Source of the DNA: an uncultured Acidobacteriota bacterium
Lineage (GTDB): Bacteria > Acidobacteriota > Vicinamibacteria > Vicinamibacterales > 2-12-FULL-66-21
DNA: 64,000 nucleotides
Direction of reading: 5' to 3'
Assembly (NCBI GenBank): GCA_963750475.1
Contig: CAVVQQ010000003.1
Location: forward strand, 64,958-128,957
In this document: positions 10,746 to 20,230 of the stretch, piece by piece
Numbering within the stretch: the stretch's first letter is position 1
Layout: each line of letters starts with the position of its first letter
Program-made: the position numbers and the translations under genes
Notes under the pieces: model-generated
Databases searched by the model: none
The model's input: only the letters and a program-made list of their open reading frames with translations
Told to the model about the DNA's origin: nothing

Positions 10746-11747
10746 ATGTTGAATCGACGAGAGTTCGGAAAGACCGTGCTGGGGACGCTGGCCGTGTGCG
10801 GCCTTCCGGGCGGCGTCTCCGCCGCCGCCGTCGACTCGCGCATCCGCGGCGTGCGGATGGGGCTGCAGTCGGCATGCTTCACGTTCAGCGGCATGGGGCT
10901 GGACGACATCGTGAAGACGATGGTGACGGTGGGGCTGGGGGAGATCGACGTGATGTCCGAGCACGTCGAGGCCTATCTCGGCGCACCCGGCATCCAGCTC
11001 CCGGGTACCGGCCGGCCCGGGCCCTGGGCTCGTGGCAACACGCCGCCGGCGGCGCCCGCAGGGGCGGGCGGAGTCGGCACGCCGCCGGCTGCCGGCCGGG
11101 GACGCGCCGGCGGATTCGGCCGCGGCATGGACCCGGCGGTGCGCGAATCGCTGCGCAAATGGCGGCTCGACGTGCCCCTCGACCGCTACGCCGCCGTGGC
11201 CAGGAAATTCACCGACGCCGGCCTGAAGTTCTTCTCGTACAACCTCAGCTTCAACGACAGCTTCACCGATGAGGAGATCGAGAAGGGGCTCCTGATGACG
11301 AAGGCGCTGGGGACGCGCATCATTACCGCGTCCTCGCCCGTCTCGGTGTTCCCGCGCATCAAGCCGCTCGCCGAGAAGCACGACGTCATCGTCGCCCTGC
11401 ACAACCACATGAACGGCCCCGAGGACTTCGCCGAGGTCACGGCCCTGTCGAGGAACTTCTGGATCAACCTGGATGCCGGCCACTTCTTCGCGATGGGCCA
11501 CGATCCGGTGGCGTACATCCGCGAGCATCACCAGCGGATCACGAATATCCACGTCAAGGATCGGAAGAAGGATCAGGGGCGGGAAATGCCATTCGGTGAG
11601 GGGGACACGCCGCTTCAGGAGGTCCTGCGCCTGGTCCGCGACCGGAAGTACGACTTCCCGGTCTGCATCGAGTACGTCGGGCCGGACGGCCCCGTCGCCG
11701 AACTGACCCGGTGCTTCGACTACTGCAAGGCTGCGCTGCGCTCGTGA
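10746..11747 (+). CDS. Sugar phosphate isomerase/epimerase (xylose-isomerase-like TIM barrel) with a Tat-type signal
   Basis: The start is ATG 10746. The N-terminus MLNRREFGKTVLGTLAVCGL is a twin-arginine-like motif. The C-terminal part reads ...ITASSPVS...VIVALHNHMNGPEDF...NLDAGHFFAMGHDPVAYIREHHQRITNIHVKD...CIEY, typical of AP endonuclease 2/XylA-like TIM barrels. Confidence 0.8.
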   Translation: MLNRREFGKTVLGTLAVCGLPGGVSAAAVDSRIRGVRMGLQSACFTFSGMGLDDIVKTMVTVGLGEIDVMSEHVEAYLGAPGIQLPGTGRPGPWARGNTPPAAPAGAGGVGTPPAAGRGRAGGFGRGMDPAVRESLRKWRLDVPLDRYAAVARKFTDAGLKFFSYNLSFNDSFTDEEIEKGLLMTKALGTRIITASSPVSVFPRIKPLAEKHDVIVALHNHMNGPEDFAEVTALSRNFWINLDAGHFFAMGHDPVAYIREHHQRITNIHVKDRKKDQGREMPFGEGDTPLQEVLRLVRDRKYDFPVCIEYVGPDGPVAELTRCFDYCKAALRS

Positions 11748-11788
11748 GCGCCGCCTGTCGTCGTGACGGTCTGGGGACGGGCCACGGA

Positions 11789-13111
11789 ATGCGGGTGACG
11801 GCGGCCGTCGCCGCCCTGCTGGTGGGCGTACTGGCGTCGCCGGTGAGCACGGGCCAGAGCCGCGGCGGGACGCCCGACCATTGGGTCTCGACCTGGGCGA
11901 CGTCGCTCCAACTCGCCCCTTCGACTTTCGGCGGGCGCGGTGGACGTGGCGGGCCCGGCCGTGGCGCCGCGCCTGCCCCGGGCGGTCGCGCACAGGAGCC
12001 GCCCGTACGGCGAGTGGCGCCCGAGCCGCCCAATGTCCCACTGACGATGGAGGACCAGACCGTCCGCATGATCGTGCGGACGAGCATCGGCGGGTCCAGC
12101 CTCCGAGTGTCCCTGTCGAACATGACGGGTGCACAGCCGCTCCAGATAGGCGCCGCGCACGTCGCCGCCCATCGCGGCGGTGGGGCCATCGATCCGAAGA
12201 CCGACCGGGTGCTTCTTTTCGGTGGACAGCCCACCATCGTCGTGCCCCCGGGGGCGCTGGTGGTGAGCGACCCGGTGCGACTCGATCTTGCGCCGCTCGC
12301 CGACCTGGCCGTGTCGTTGTACCTCCCGCACGACACCGGACCCCCGACCACACACAATATCGCCCTGCGCACCGGCTACATCGCCAGCGGAAACGCTGCG
12401 GCGAGCGAGACGATCAACGCGATTCAGACGGTGGCCGCCTATCTATGGCTGTCGAGCGTCGACGTGCTCGCGCCGGCGCAGGCCTTTGCGATCGTCGCGC
12501 TCGGCGACTCGATCACGGATGGCTACGCGACGACGCACGACGCGAACCGCGCCTGGCCGGCCCTGCTGGCTACCCGCCTGAGCCGCGATCGGCGCAGTCA
12601 GACGGTCGCGGTATTGAACCAGGGGATCTCCGGGAACCAGGTGCTCCGGGACGGCGCGGGATTGAGCATGCTCGCGCGCTTCGACCGCGACGTCCTGGGG
12701 CGGCCAGGCGTCCGCTGGGTGATCCTGCTCGGCGGGATCAACGACATCAACATTCGCGGGCGCACCGACGGCCCGGCGGCACTGACGGCGGAGGAACTGA
12801 TTGCCGGCTACGGCCAGATCATCGCCCGCAGCCATATGCACGGTGTCAAGGTCATCGGCGCGACCTTGACTCCGGAGGAGGGGGTACCGACCGCCTCGGA
12901 GCGCGGTGAGGCGATCCGGCAGGCCGTCAATCGCTGGATCCGCGCCCCCGGTCACTTCGACAGCGTCGTCGACTTCGACGAAGTCCTCCGGGATGCCGGG
13001 CAGCCGACCCGGCTCCGGGCCGACTTCGACCCGGGGGACCATATCCACCCCAATGATGCCGGTAACCAGGCCATGGCCGACGCCTTCGACCTGAAGCTCG
13101 CCAGGAAATGA
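11789..13111 (+). CDS. Secreted SGNH hydrolase with an N-terminal beta-sandwich domain (paralog 1)
   Basis: The start is ATG 11789, followed by a signal peptide. Diagnostic segments are HWVSTWATSLQ..., QTVRMIVRTSIGGSSLRVSLSN, block I VALGDSITDG, NQGISGNQ, GGINDI and the C-terminal DHIHPNDAGNQAMADAF. Confidence 0.8.
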   Translation: MRVTAAVAALLVGVLASPVSTGQSRGGTPDHWVSTWATSLQLAPSTFGGRGGRGGPGRGAAPAPGGRAQEPPVRRVAPEPPNVPLTMEDQTVRMIVRTSIGGSSLRVSLSNMTGAQPLQIGAAHVAAHRGGGAIDPKTDRVLLFGGQPTIVVPPGALVVSDPVRLDLAPLADLAVSLYLPHDTGPPTTHNIALRTGYIASGNAAASETINAIQTVAAYLWLSSVDVLAPAQAFAIVALGDSITDGYATTHDANRAWPALLATRLSRDRRSQTVAVLNQGISGNQVLRDGAGLSMLARFDRDVLGRPGVRWVILLGGINDINIRGRTDGPAALTAEELIAGYGQIIARSHMHGVKVIGATLTPEEGVPTASERGEAIRQAVNRWIRAPGHFDSVVDFDEVLRDAGQPTRLRADFDPGDHIHPNDAGNQAMADAFDLKLARK

Positions 13112-13367
13112 GGGCAAGGCAGACGACATTCGCTCGGCATCGCGGCCCAGGAAGATCGTGCTGAGAAAGCACCGTTCCTGCCTGGCGGCCCAAATCGGGG
13201 GGCTCTGAGAATGGTCTCTGTCAGCCAGAGCTCGAGCTGACTGATTTCAGCGAGCTGATATTTGAATCGATGTTCACAGCCTGGCGCGATCACATGTGCG
13301 CTATGGACAGGTCAACGGCGCCCGACTGGCGTCCGCGTTCAGCCGGTTGGCTGATGAGGTGGTACTG

Positions 13368-14804
13368 ATGAAGATGCTGATTGGCGGCGAGAAAGTGGAC
13401 GCCGTTTCTGGTGAGACGTTCCCGGTGAAGAACCCCGCGACGGGGGAGATCATCGACACAGTGCCGCGCGCCGGGGTGGAGGATGTGAAAAAGGCCCTCG
13501 CGGTCGCGCGCCGGGGCCGGCCGGTGATGGCGGCGTTGCCGTCCCATCGTCGCAGCGACATTCTCAAGAAAACGGCCGATCTGATCGGCGCCGAGCTCGA
13601 CCAGCTGACCCGGCTGCTGACGAGCGAGAACGGCAAGACCATCCGGCAGTGCCGCGCCGAGCTCGTCACCACGCAGCGGCTGTTCGTCGATTTCGCGGAG
13701 GAATCCAAGCGGATCCGCGGGAACTATCTTCCGATGGACGGAGTGCCGGGGCTCGAGCACATGCTCGCTTATACCGTCCGGCAGCCGATCGGGATCGTCG
13801 TCGGGATCATCCCGTTCAATTATCCAGCCGAGCTCTTCGCCCATAAAATTCCCGGGGCGCTGGCGGCCGGCGCCGCCGTCATCGTCAAGCTGCCGGAGCA
13901 GTGCCCCCTGACGGTGCTCCGCATCGGCGAGCTGATGCTGGAGGCCGGCCTGCCGCCCGAAGGGATGCAGATGCTCACGGGGTTTCCACAGGATCTCGGC
14001 GACGAGCTGATGACCAACCCGGATGTCCGGATGATCAGCTTCACCGGCAGCGCCGGCGCGGCGAAGATCATCGCCGGCAAGGCCGCGAGCGGCCTCAAGC
14101 GCCTCGCTTTCGAGCTCGGCGGGACCGACGCGATGATCGTGCTGGACGACGCCGATTTGCCGGCGGCGGCAGAGGCGGTGGTCCAGGGCCGGCTGACCAA
14201 CGGCGCGGGCCAGATTTGCTGCGCGGTGAAGCGGGTGCTGGTGCAGGAAAGCGTGCGCGACGAGTTCATCGGCCTGCTGCTCGAGCGGATCAAGGGAATC
14301 AAGATGGGTGATCCGACGCGCGAGGACACCGACCTCGGCCCGCTGATCTCGTCCGAGGCCGCGGCCAGGGCGGACGAGCAGGTCCAGCAGTCGATCAGGA
14401 TGGGGGCGCGGTGCCTGACTGGCGGCAAGCGGGGAACCGGGTCATTCTATGAGCCAACCGTCCTGGTCGATGTGACGCGGGATATGCCCGTGATGAAGGA
14501 CGAGGTCTTCGGGCCGGTGGCTCCGGTCGCGTCGTTCAAGGACATCGACTCGGCCATCGAGATGGCCAACGACTCCGCCTACGGCCTGCAATCGACCGTG
14601 TTCTCGTCGAACATCAGCAACGCGCTGAAGATTGCTCATCGGCTCGAGGTCGGCGGCGTGGTCATCAACGGTACGGGAGCGTTCCGGCCGGGCAATGTGC
14701 CGTTCGGGGGGTCGAAGCAGAGCGGCATCGGCCGCGAGAGCATCGTCGAGACGGTCAAGGAGATGACCGAGGAGAAGACGATCGTCATCAACAACGCGAT
14801 CTAG
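13368..14804 (+). CDS. NAD(P)+-dependent aldehyde dehydrogenase
   Basis: The likely start is ATG 13368 (MKMLIGGEKVDAVSGETFPVKNPATGE). Hallmarks are FTGSAGAAKII, the catalytic Glu in FELGGTDAMIV, the catalytic Cys in GAGQICCAVKR, and EVFGPV. Confidence 0.9.
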   Translation: MKMLIGGEKVDAVSGETFPVKNPATGEIIDTVPRAGVEDVKKALAVARRGRPVMAALPSHRRSDILKKTADLIGAELDQLTRLLTSENGKTIRQCRAELVTTQRLFVDFAEESKRIRGNYLPMDGVPGLEHMLAYTVRQPIGIVVGIIPFNYPAELFAHKIPGALAAGAAVIVKLPEQCPLTVLRIGELMLEAGLPPEGMQMLTGFPQDLGDELMTNPDVRMISFTGSAGAAKIIAGKAASGLKRLAFELGGTDAMIVLDDADLPAAAEAVVQGRLTNGAGQICCAVKRVLVQESVRDEFIGLLLERIKGIKMGDPTREDTDLGPLISSEAAARADEQVQQSIRMGARCLTGGKRGTGSFYEPTVLVDVTRDMPVMKDEVFGPVAPVASFKDIDSAIEMANDSAYGLQSTVFSSNISNALKIAHRLEVGGVVINGTGAFRPGNVPFGGSKQSGIGRESIVETVKEMTEEKTIVINNAI

Positions 14805-14837
14805 GCCGCGCCTTCGGCGCACCCGACAGACAGGAGA

Positions 14838-15735
14838 GTGTGTGTGGACCCGATGGCATTGATTGCCGCGTTCGGAGGGGGAGTGTTAGGGGCGGCGATG
14901 GGAGCGGTCCCGGCCTTCATCCTGACAGGGCTGCTGGCCATTGTCGGAGTCGCGGCCGCGGCGGCGGGCGGGACGGAGCTGATCCGAGATCGCGTTCGGG
15001 CCGGTGCTCGGCCCGCATGTGTCGTTCGGGGGCGGCGTGGCGGCCGCCGCATACGCCGGCTCGCGGGGTGCCCTGCCAACCGGACGCGACATTGCCTCGG
15101 CGCTCATGGGGCTCGGCAGGATGGACGTGCTTCTGGTTGGGGGGCTCTTCGGTAGCGCCGGGTATGCCATCCACTGGCTGCTGACGGTGTCCGGTGTGGC
15201 TGCCTGGACGGATGCCGTGGCTCTTGCCGTCGTGGTCTCCGCCATCATCGCCCGCCTGGCGTTCGGAAAGACCGGGGCGTTCGGGAGCGTGACCACCCCG
15301 GAAAGCCGCCGGTTCCGCCCCAACGATTCGGCCTCGTGGCTGCCGTGGCAGCAGGAGTGGTCGCACGTCGTCGTGATCGGCACCGGCGTCGGCCTGGCGG
15401 CGGCCTACCTGACGGCGAAAAGCGGCCTCGGGGAAGGCCGGAACGTGCTCGCGTTTGGCATCTCGACCTTCGTTCTGACGTTTCTGGTGATGGACAGGAA
15501 GGTGCCCGTCACGCACCACATCTCCATGCCGGCGGCGCTCGGCGTCATGCACGGCGGCGGCGTTGTAATGGGCGCGCTGTGCGGGCTGCTGGGCGCCTGC
15601 GTCGGCGAGCTCGCTTCGCGCGTCTTCCTCATCCACGGCGACACGCATATCGATCCTCCGGCGGTCGCAATCGCCATCGTTGCCACGCTCCTGCTTCTCA
15701 TGCAGGCCGCGGGCATTGTCCTTCCCGCGGTGTGA
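14838..15735 (+). pseudogene. Polytopic membrane protein of unknown function, with one frame change as sequenced
   Basis: ORFs 14838..15155 and 15004..15735 join as ...AAAAAGGTELI|AFGPVLGPHVSFGGGVAAAAYAGS (shift about 14975-14985). The sequence is highly hydrophobic with several Gly/Ala-rich helices. AGGAG lies at 14832-14836, and the start is uncertain among GTG 14838/14844 and ATG 14853. Confidence 0.5.
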
Positions 15736-15743
15736 GACCGATC

Positions 15744-17174
15744 ATGCAGGCGCTTTCGACACGCTGGAGCAGTGCCACGGCCCGGGCGGTGGCTCTCGCC
15801 CTCGGACTGGTCGTCGCCGTCGCCGCCGCCGAGCGGGCGCCCGCCGTCGGACCGGGGTCTGCGGAGGCCGGCGCGTGGGTTGCCACCTGGGGCACAGCCC
15901 TGCAGCTGGCACGACTGACCGGCGGGCCGGGTGGGCGTGGCGCCCTGCCACCCGTCGGTCCGTCAGCTGGCTCCGGGATAGCAGGCCCGCCGCCACCACC
16001 GGCCGGCGCGCCCGCGCGCCGCTTCGACGCGCCGGTCGAAATCGCGCATCTGGGTGGACAGACCGTTCGCATGATCGTCCGGAGCAGCATCGGCGGGTCG
16101 CGGGTCCGCATCCGTCTGGCGAACGCCTTCGGCGCCGCCACGGTCCGCTTCGGGGCCGCTCATATCGCCCTGCGACAAGCCGGCTCGGCGATCGCTTCCG
16201 GATCCGATCGGACGCTGCTGTTCGGCGGCCAGCCCACCGCGCTGCTTTATGCCGGACAGACTCTTGTGTCGGATCCGGTCGACCTCCAGGTGCCGGCGCT
16301 GACCGATCTCGCGGTCAGCCTCTACCTCGACGGCGATGCTGGGATGCCGACGGCTCATCGCTTCGGGCTTCGTCCCACGTACATCTCGATGCCGGGCAAC
16401 CATGCCGGCGCGGCGTCGATCGAGCCGCTCGACAGCACGACGGAGTCATACTACTGGCTGGCCGGAGTCGATGTTCTCGCCCCGGCGGGTGCGGCCACAC
16501 TGGTGACGTTCGGGGACTCAATCACCGACGGCGACCAGTCCACGCCCGACACCGGCCGGATGTGGCCGGCTGTTCTGGCCCGACGGCTGCAGTCGAATGC
16601 CTCGACGAAGCACATCGGCGTGGTCAACGCCGGCATCGCCGGCAATCGTCTCCTCGGGGACAACAACTCCGGCGTCGTGCGATTCGTCTCCCATGCGCTG
16701 GAGGTTCCGGGGGTGCGGTGGATCTCATTGCTGGAGGGCATCAACGACATTTCGGGCGCAACCCGGCGCCGCCCGACGCCGCCGGGATCGCCCGAGCCGC
16801 CGCCGTTCGGTGCCGAGGACCTCACCGCCGCCTACCGGCAGCTGATCGACCTGGCGCACCTCCATGGCGTGCAGGCGATCGGCTGCACGCTGACTCCCTT
16901 CGGCGGATCGAGCGCATTCACTGCGCGCGGTGAGGCCATCCGGCAGGAGGTCAACGCCTGGATCCGAACGAGCAAAGCATTTGACGCCGTCGTCGATTTC
17001 GATGCCGCGACCCGCGACCCGAATGATCCCCAGCGATTCCGCCTCGAGGCCGAGTCTCCGGATCTTCTGCACCCGGGCGATGGCGGCTACCGCCTGATGG
17101 CCGAGGCGTTCGACTCGGTCCTGCTCACGCGCCCTGCGCTCCGGCCCGCCGAGCCGCGCCGCAACAAGCGCTGA
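15744..17174 (+). CDS. Secreted SGNH hydrolase with an N-terminal beta-sandwich domain (paralog 2)
   Basis: The start is ATG 15744. The architecture matches 11789..13111: AWVATWGTALQ, QTVRMIVRSSIGGSRVRIRLAN, TFGDSITDGD, NAGIAGNR, EGINDI and DLLHPGDGGYRLMAEAF. Confidence 0.8.
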   Translation: MQALSTRWSSATARAVALALGLVVAVAAAERAPAVGPGSAEAGAWVATWGTALQLARLTGGPGGRGALPPVGPSAGSGIAGPPPPPAGAPARRFDAPVEIAHLGGQTVRMIVRSSIGGSRVRIRLANAFGAATVRFGAAHIALRQAGSAIASGSDRTLLFGGQPTALLYAGQTLVSDPVDLQVPALTDLAVSLYLDGDAGMPTAHRFGLRPTYISMPGNHAGAASIEPLDSTTESYYWLAGVDVLAPAGAATLVTFGDSITDGDQSTPDTGRMWPAVLARRLQSNASTKHIGVVNAGIAGNRLLGDNNSGVVRFVSHALEVPGVRWISLLEGINDISGATRRRPTPPGSPEPPPFGAEDLTAAYRQLIDLAHLHGVQAIGCTLTPFGGSSAFTARGEAIRQEVNAWIRTSKAFDAVVDFDAATRDPNDPQRFRLEAESPDLLHPGDGGYRLMAEAFDSVLLTRPALRPAEPRRNKR

Positions 17175-17198
17175 CCAGGCTGCACCGGCAGGCCCGCG

Positions 17199-17600
17199 TC
17201 ACTCCTTGTTCTTGTCGTCCCACAGCCTCGGCTCCCACAGCTCCACCTTGTTACCGTCGGGATCGAGGATCCAGGCGAACTTGCCGTTCTCGGCTGACTC
17301 GGGTCCTTTCACGGGCTCGATTCCGTTCGCCTTCAACTGCGCGAGCATGCCGTCCAGCGAATCGACGCGGTAGTTGATCATGAAACTCGCCGAGCTCGGC
17401 TGAAACCATTGCGTGTCCGGCGCCGCCACGCTCCAGACGGTCAGGCCTTCGTCGTTGGCGGTGTCGCCGGACCATCTCAGGATCGCGCCTCCCCAACCCT
17501 CGAGGTCGAGACCCAGGTTCGAGGCGTACCACTCAGACAGCTTTCTGTGATCGCCCGTCGACTTGAAGAACACGCCACCGATGCCCGTGATTTTCGCCAT
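17199..17600 (-). CDS. VOC (glyoxalase/bleomycin-resistance) family protein
   Basis: This is a 133-aa intact ORF reading MAKITGIGGVFFKSTGDHRKLSEWYASNLGL...GKFAWILDPDGNKVELWEP, a typical VOC beta-alpha-beta-beta-beta module. Confidence 0.8.
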   Translation of the reverse strand: MAKITGIGGVFFKSTGDHRKLSEWYASNLGLDLEGWGGAILRWSGDTANDEGLTVWSVAAPDTQWFQPSSASFMINYRVDSLDGMLAQLKANGIEPVKGPESAENGKFAWILDPDGNKVELWEPRLWDDKNKE

Positions 17601-17736
17601 ACCACCTCCAAGACGTCGAACCGTGTCGGCCGATGTGCGCTCGGCGCGACGGTCGCCTTCAGTGTAGCCCCCGCTGACGTTCCGCAGATCCCCGAGGCGT
17701 TCTCGATCTTCGCGGGGCAGGCGTCTCAGCCGCCGC

Positions 17737-18879
17737 CTATTGCTGCTTCATGCCTGACGCTGTCCGTGGCGGCGCGGCAGCTGCGACGTTGTACTCGATC
17801 GCGTCAAGATCGAAACGCAGGTAGGCATAATCGCCCGCCGGCGCGTGCCAGATTCCCTCGCCCCGCGACATCAGGCGGTGCGACCCGAACCCGCGATAGT
17901 CCCGCAACGGAGTCGACCAGCGCATCCTGGTGAACGACTGTCCGTCCGCCGAAGCCGCCGCGCGTCCGTCCGCGATGAAGTTGGTCAGTTCGCCGCGTTC
18001 GTTGAACGAAAGGACCGCGCGGATGGTGTGGCTCCCATTCGTAAACAGTGCGCTGACCGTGTGCGGGTCGATCTCCTGCCACTGAATGCCGCGGCCGATG
18101 AGCGCGCCCGGAGCGAATACGCACATGTCGTTGAACAACGTCACCGTCTCGGCTTCGTCCATCTCCGGCCCCTTCGCGTCGACCATCGTCACGACCGAGG
18201 CGACTTTCACCCGCATGGTCGCGGCCGGTCCGACGAACCGATGGAACGCCTGGAACGGGACGCCGAGCATCGAGGCGTCCATCAGGAAGAGACGGGATGG
18301 CTGGTCGTAGAAGTTGTACTGCTCACCGCTGAAGGACATCCACCGTGCGTCCGGGCCGCTGCGGATCTGGCCGTGAAAGCGCGCCCGGAAGTTCTGCACC
18401 CGCGGCTGTCCGACCGCGCCGTTGAGACGGATGTATCGCTGCACCGGCGCCGGCAGCGGCCCGAGATCGGCCTCGGTGAGGAGCGGCATGGCGACCGCTC
18501 GATCCAGACCGTGCGCAATCTCGCGATCGTACTCGGCACGAAAACTGAAGGGGCCTTGCGCCAGGAAGCCAAGGGCGACGCCGACGAGCGCGACGATATT
18601 CGCAATCGTCCCGTACCGGGCATCGCTCCACGACGTGACGATCAGGGCCTGCGAAACAACGACGGCAGCGGCGCCCACCACCCACCACCGCTGAGGCCAG
18701 GTGAAGAGGAAGATCGCGGCGACCAGGAAGAGCGCCGCAGCCAGAAGCCACAGGGCGCCGAGGGGCCTGGCGATCGGCTGCGTCAGCTGGGGAATCTCTG
18801 CGATGCCGAACGCCTTCGCGGTCCCCATCAGATGGATGAGCCCGTGGAGAGCGAGAAAAATCGCGAAGAGGGGTTTCAT
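17737..18879 (-). CDS. Membrane-anchored conserved hypothetical protein (resembles the DUF6544 type)
   Basis: This is a 380-aa intact ORF. It has N-terminal hydrophobic helices (HGLIHLMGTAKAFG..., WLLAAALFLVAAIFLF) followed by a soluble domain (QRYIRLNG..., FLMDASMLGVPFQAFHRF). The family assignment is from memory only. Confidence 0.55.
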   Translation of the reverse strand: MKPLFAIFLALHGLIHLMGTAKAFGIAEIPQLTQPIARPLGALWLLAAALFLVAAIFLFTWPQRWWVVGAAAVVVSQALIVTSWSDARYGTIANIVALVGVALGFLAQGPFSFRAEYDREIAHGLDRAVAMPLLTEADLGPLPAPVQRYIRLNGAVGQPRVQNFRARFHGQIRSGPDARWMSFSGEQYNFYDQPSRLFLMDASMLGVPFQAFHRFVGPAATMRVKVASVVTMVDAKGPEMDEAETVTLFNDMCVFAPGALIGRGIQWQEIDPHTVSALFTNGSHTIRAVLSFNERGELTNFIADGRAAASADGQSFTRMRWSTPLRDYRGFGSHRLMSRGEGIWHAPAGDYAYLRFDLDAIEYNVAAAAPPRTASGMKQQ

Positions 18880-19034
18880 GAATGGGCGCCTCGCCGATCA
18901 GCGACTCGCGACGACCTCGCCTGCCGGCTCCGGCCGAGTGGTTCCTTCACCCGACGGTGCACCGCGTCGAGCGTGCGAATGGGTTACCGGGAACGGTCGG
19001 CCGAGACTCGGGGCCGAGCGCGATGGCTCGCCTC

Positions 19035-20027
19035 TTACTTGCCTGGCCGGCGAACATCGATGGTGTCGCCGATCGTGATCGCCAGCATGTCTTCGGCCCC
19101 GTGAAGCGGGCCCGAATAGGTCTTCCTCGTTTCGGTGATCACCCGCTCGGCGTTGGGCGCGTGCGTGTAGACCGCCAGCCGCGGCTTGACGCGCCCGAAG
19201 ACTTCACCGGCCTGTTCGGGAGTCGTGTGCTTCGCCAGAATCGCGGCTACCATCTGCGGACGGTCCGGGAACCAGGCGCGCACGGTCTCGGCATCCAGGA
19301 CCTCGTGCACCAGAACGTCGGTGCCCTGGGCGACGCGAATGAGGTTGTCTGAAACACGCGTGTCGCCAGAGAGCACGACCGAGTGGCCGCGGTAGTCGAC
19401 CCGATAGCCGAAGGCGGGCGCGACCGGGCTGTGATCGACGAGGAAGGCGGTGACCTTGACGCCGCCGTCCTCGAAGACGACGCCTTCGGCGACCTCGTGG
19501 CTCACGACCTTGATTCCGTCGGGAGGCGCTTTTTCATCGACGTCGCGGCGCATGTGGATGTCGAACGCAAAGGCCTGTTCCAGGTGACCCATCATCTCGC
19601 TCGTGCCCTTCGGGCCCCAGACCTCGAGCGGCACCACGCGCCCGCCGCCCACCCAGCCTGTCAGGAGCAGGTCGGGAATCTGGATCACATGATCAGAGTG
19701 AAGGTGGGTCAGGAACAGCCGCCGAATGGATCCGATCGGCACGCCGATCTGAGCCAGGCGCAGCGTCGCGCCGCGCCCGCAATCGAACAGCAGCCGCTCG
19801 CCGCCGGCCTCGATGAGCGTCGATGGCCCGTACTGCTGGAGGTCGACGCGCGGGCCGACACCACTGCCAACCAGGACCACTCTGAAAAGGTCGGAGCTGT
19901 CTCGAGCCGTTGCGGCGGCCTGAGCCGGTGGCGACTGAGGCAGGGGCGCAGTGGCCGTCTGCGTGACCTGTGCGCAGACGAGCCAGACCGCCACCATCGA
20001 CAACACGAGCAGCGCACGCTTCGTCAT
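19035..20027 (-). CDS. Secreted MBL-fold metallo-hydrolase
   Basis: The likely start is ATG at 20027 (MTKRALLVLSMVAVWLVCAQ signal, with an AGGAG-like site upstream). The metal-binding motif is HLHSDH (HxHxDH), with later HSPV and HE residues. Confidence 0.8.
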   Translation of the reverse strand: MTKRALLVLSMVAVWLVCAQVTQTATAPLPQSPPAQAAATARDSSDLFRVVLVGSGVGPRVDLQQYGPSTLIEAGGERLLFDCGRGATLRLAQIGVPIGSIRRLFLTHLHSDHVIQIPDLLLTGWVGGGRVVPLEVWGPKGTSEMMGHLEQAFAFDIHMRRDVDEKAPPDGIKVVSHEVAEGVVFEDGGVKVTAFLVDHSPVAPAFGYRVDYRGHSVVLSGDTRVSDNLIRVAQGTDVLVHEVLDAETVRAWFPDRPQMVAAILAKHTTPEQAGEVFGRVKPRLAVYTHAPNAERVITETRKTYSGPLHGAEDMLAITIGDTIDVRRPGK

Positions 20028-20230
20028 CCTCTCGCTCCTGACCTGACGGCACGACCACGCGGCCGCCGGAGGCCAACTATATGCCTTCGCCGCGCACCGC
20101 CCGCGCCACTTCCCGGCGGACGCCGGCACGTTACCGCTCGCTCGTTGCAGGTGTTCGGCGTCGCCAGAGGTCTCGAGCCTCAGTCGTCCGGGTGACGCAT
20201 GCGCGCCTCGCGCCGGCCCAAAGCCGCCCG

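Noticed and set aside
10644-12353. 569-aa minus-strand ORF, plus several other long ORFs (10257..11747 upstream part, 11720..12355)
   Set aside because: They overlap clear plus-strand genes (the TIM-barrel isomerase and the SGNH hydrolase). Their translations are low-complexity Arg/Pro/Gly.
13229-13238. Palindrome AGCTCGAGCT upstream of the aldehyde dehydrogenase gene
   Set aside because: It is only 10 bp and the flanks do not extend the symmetry. It is expected by chance and is not positioned relative to any promoter-like element.
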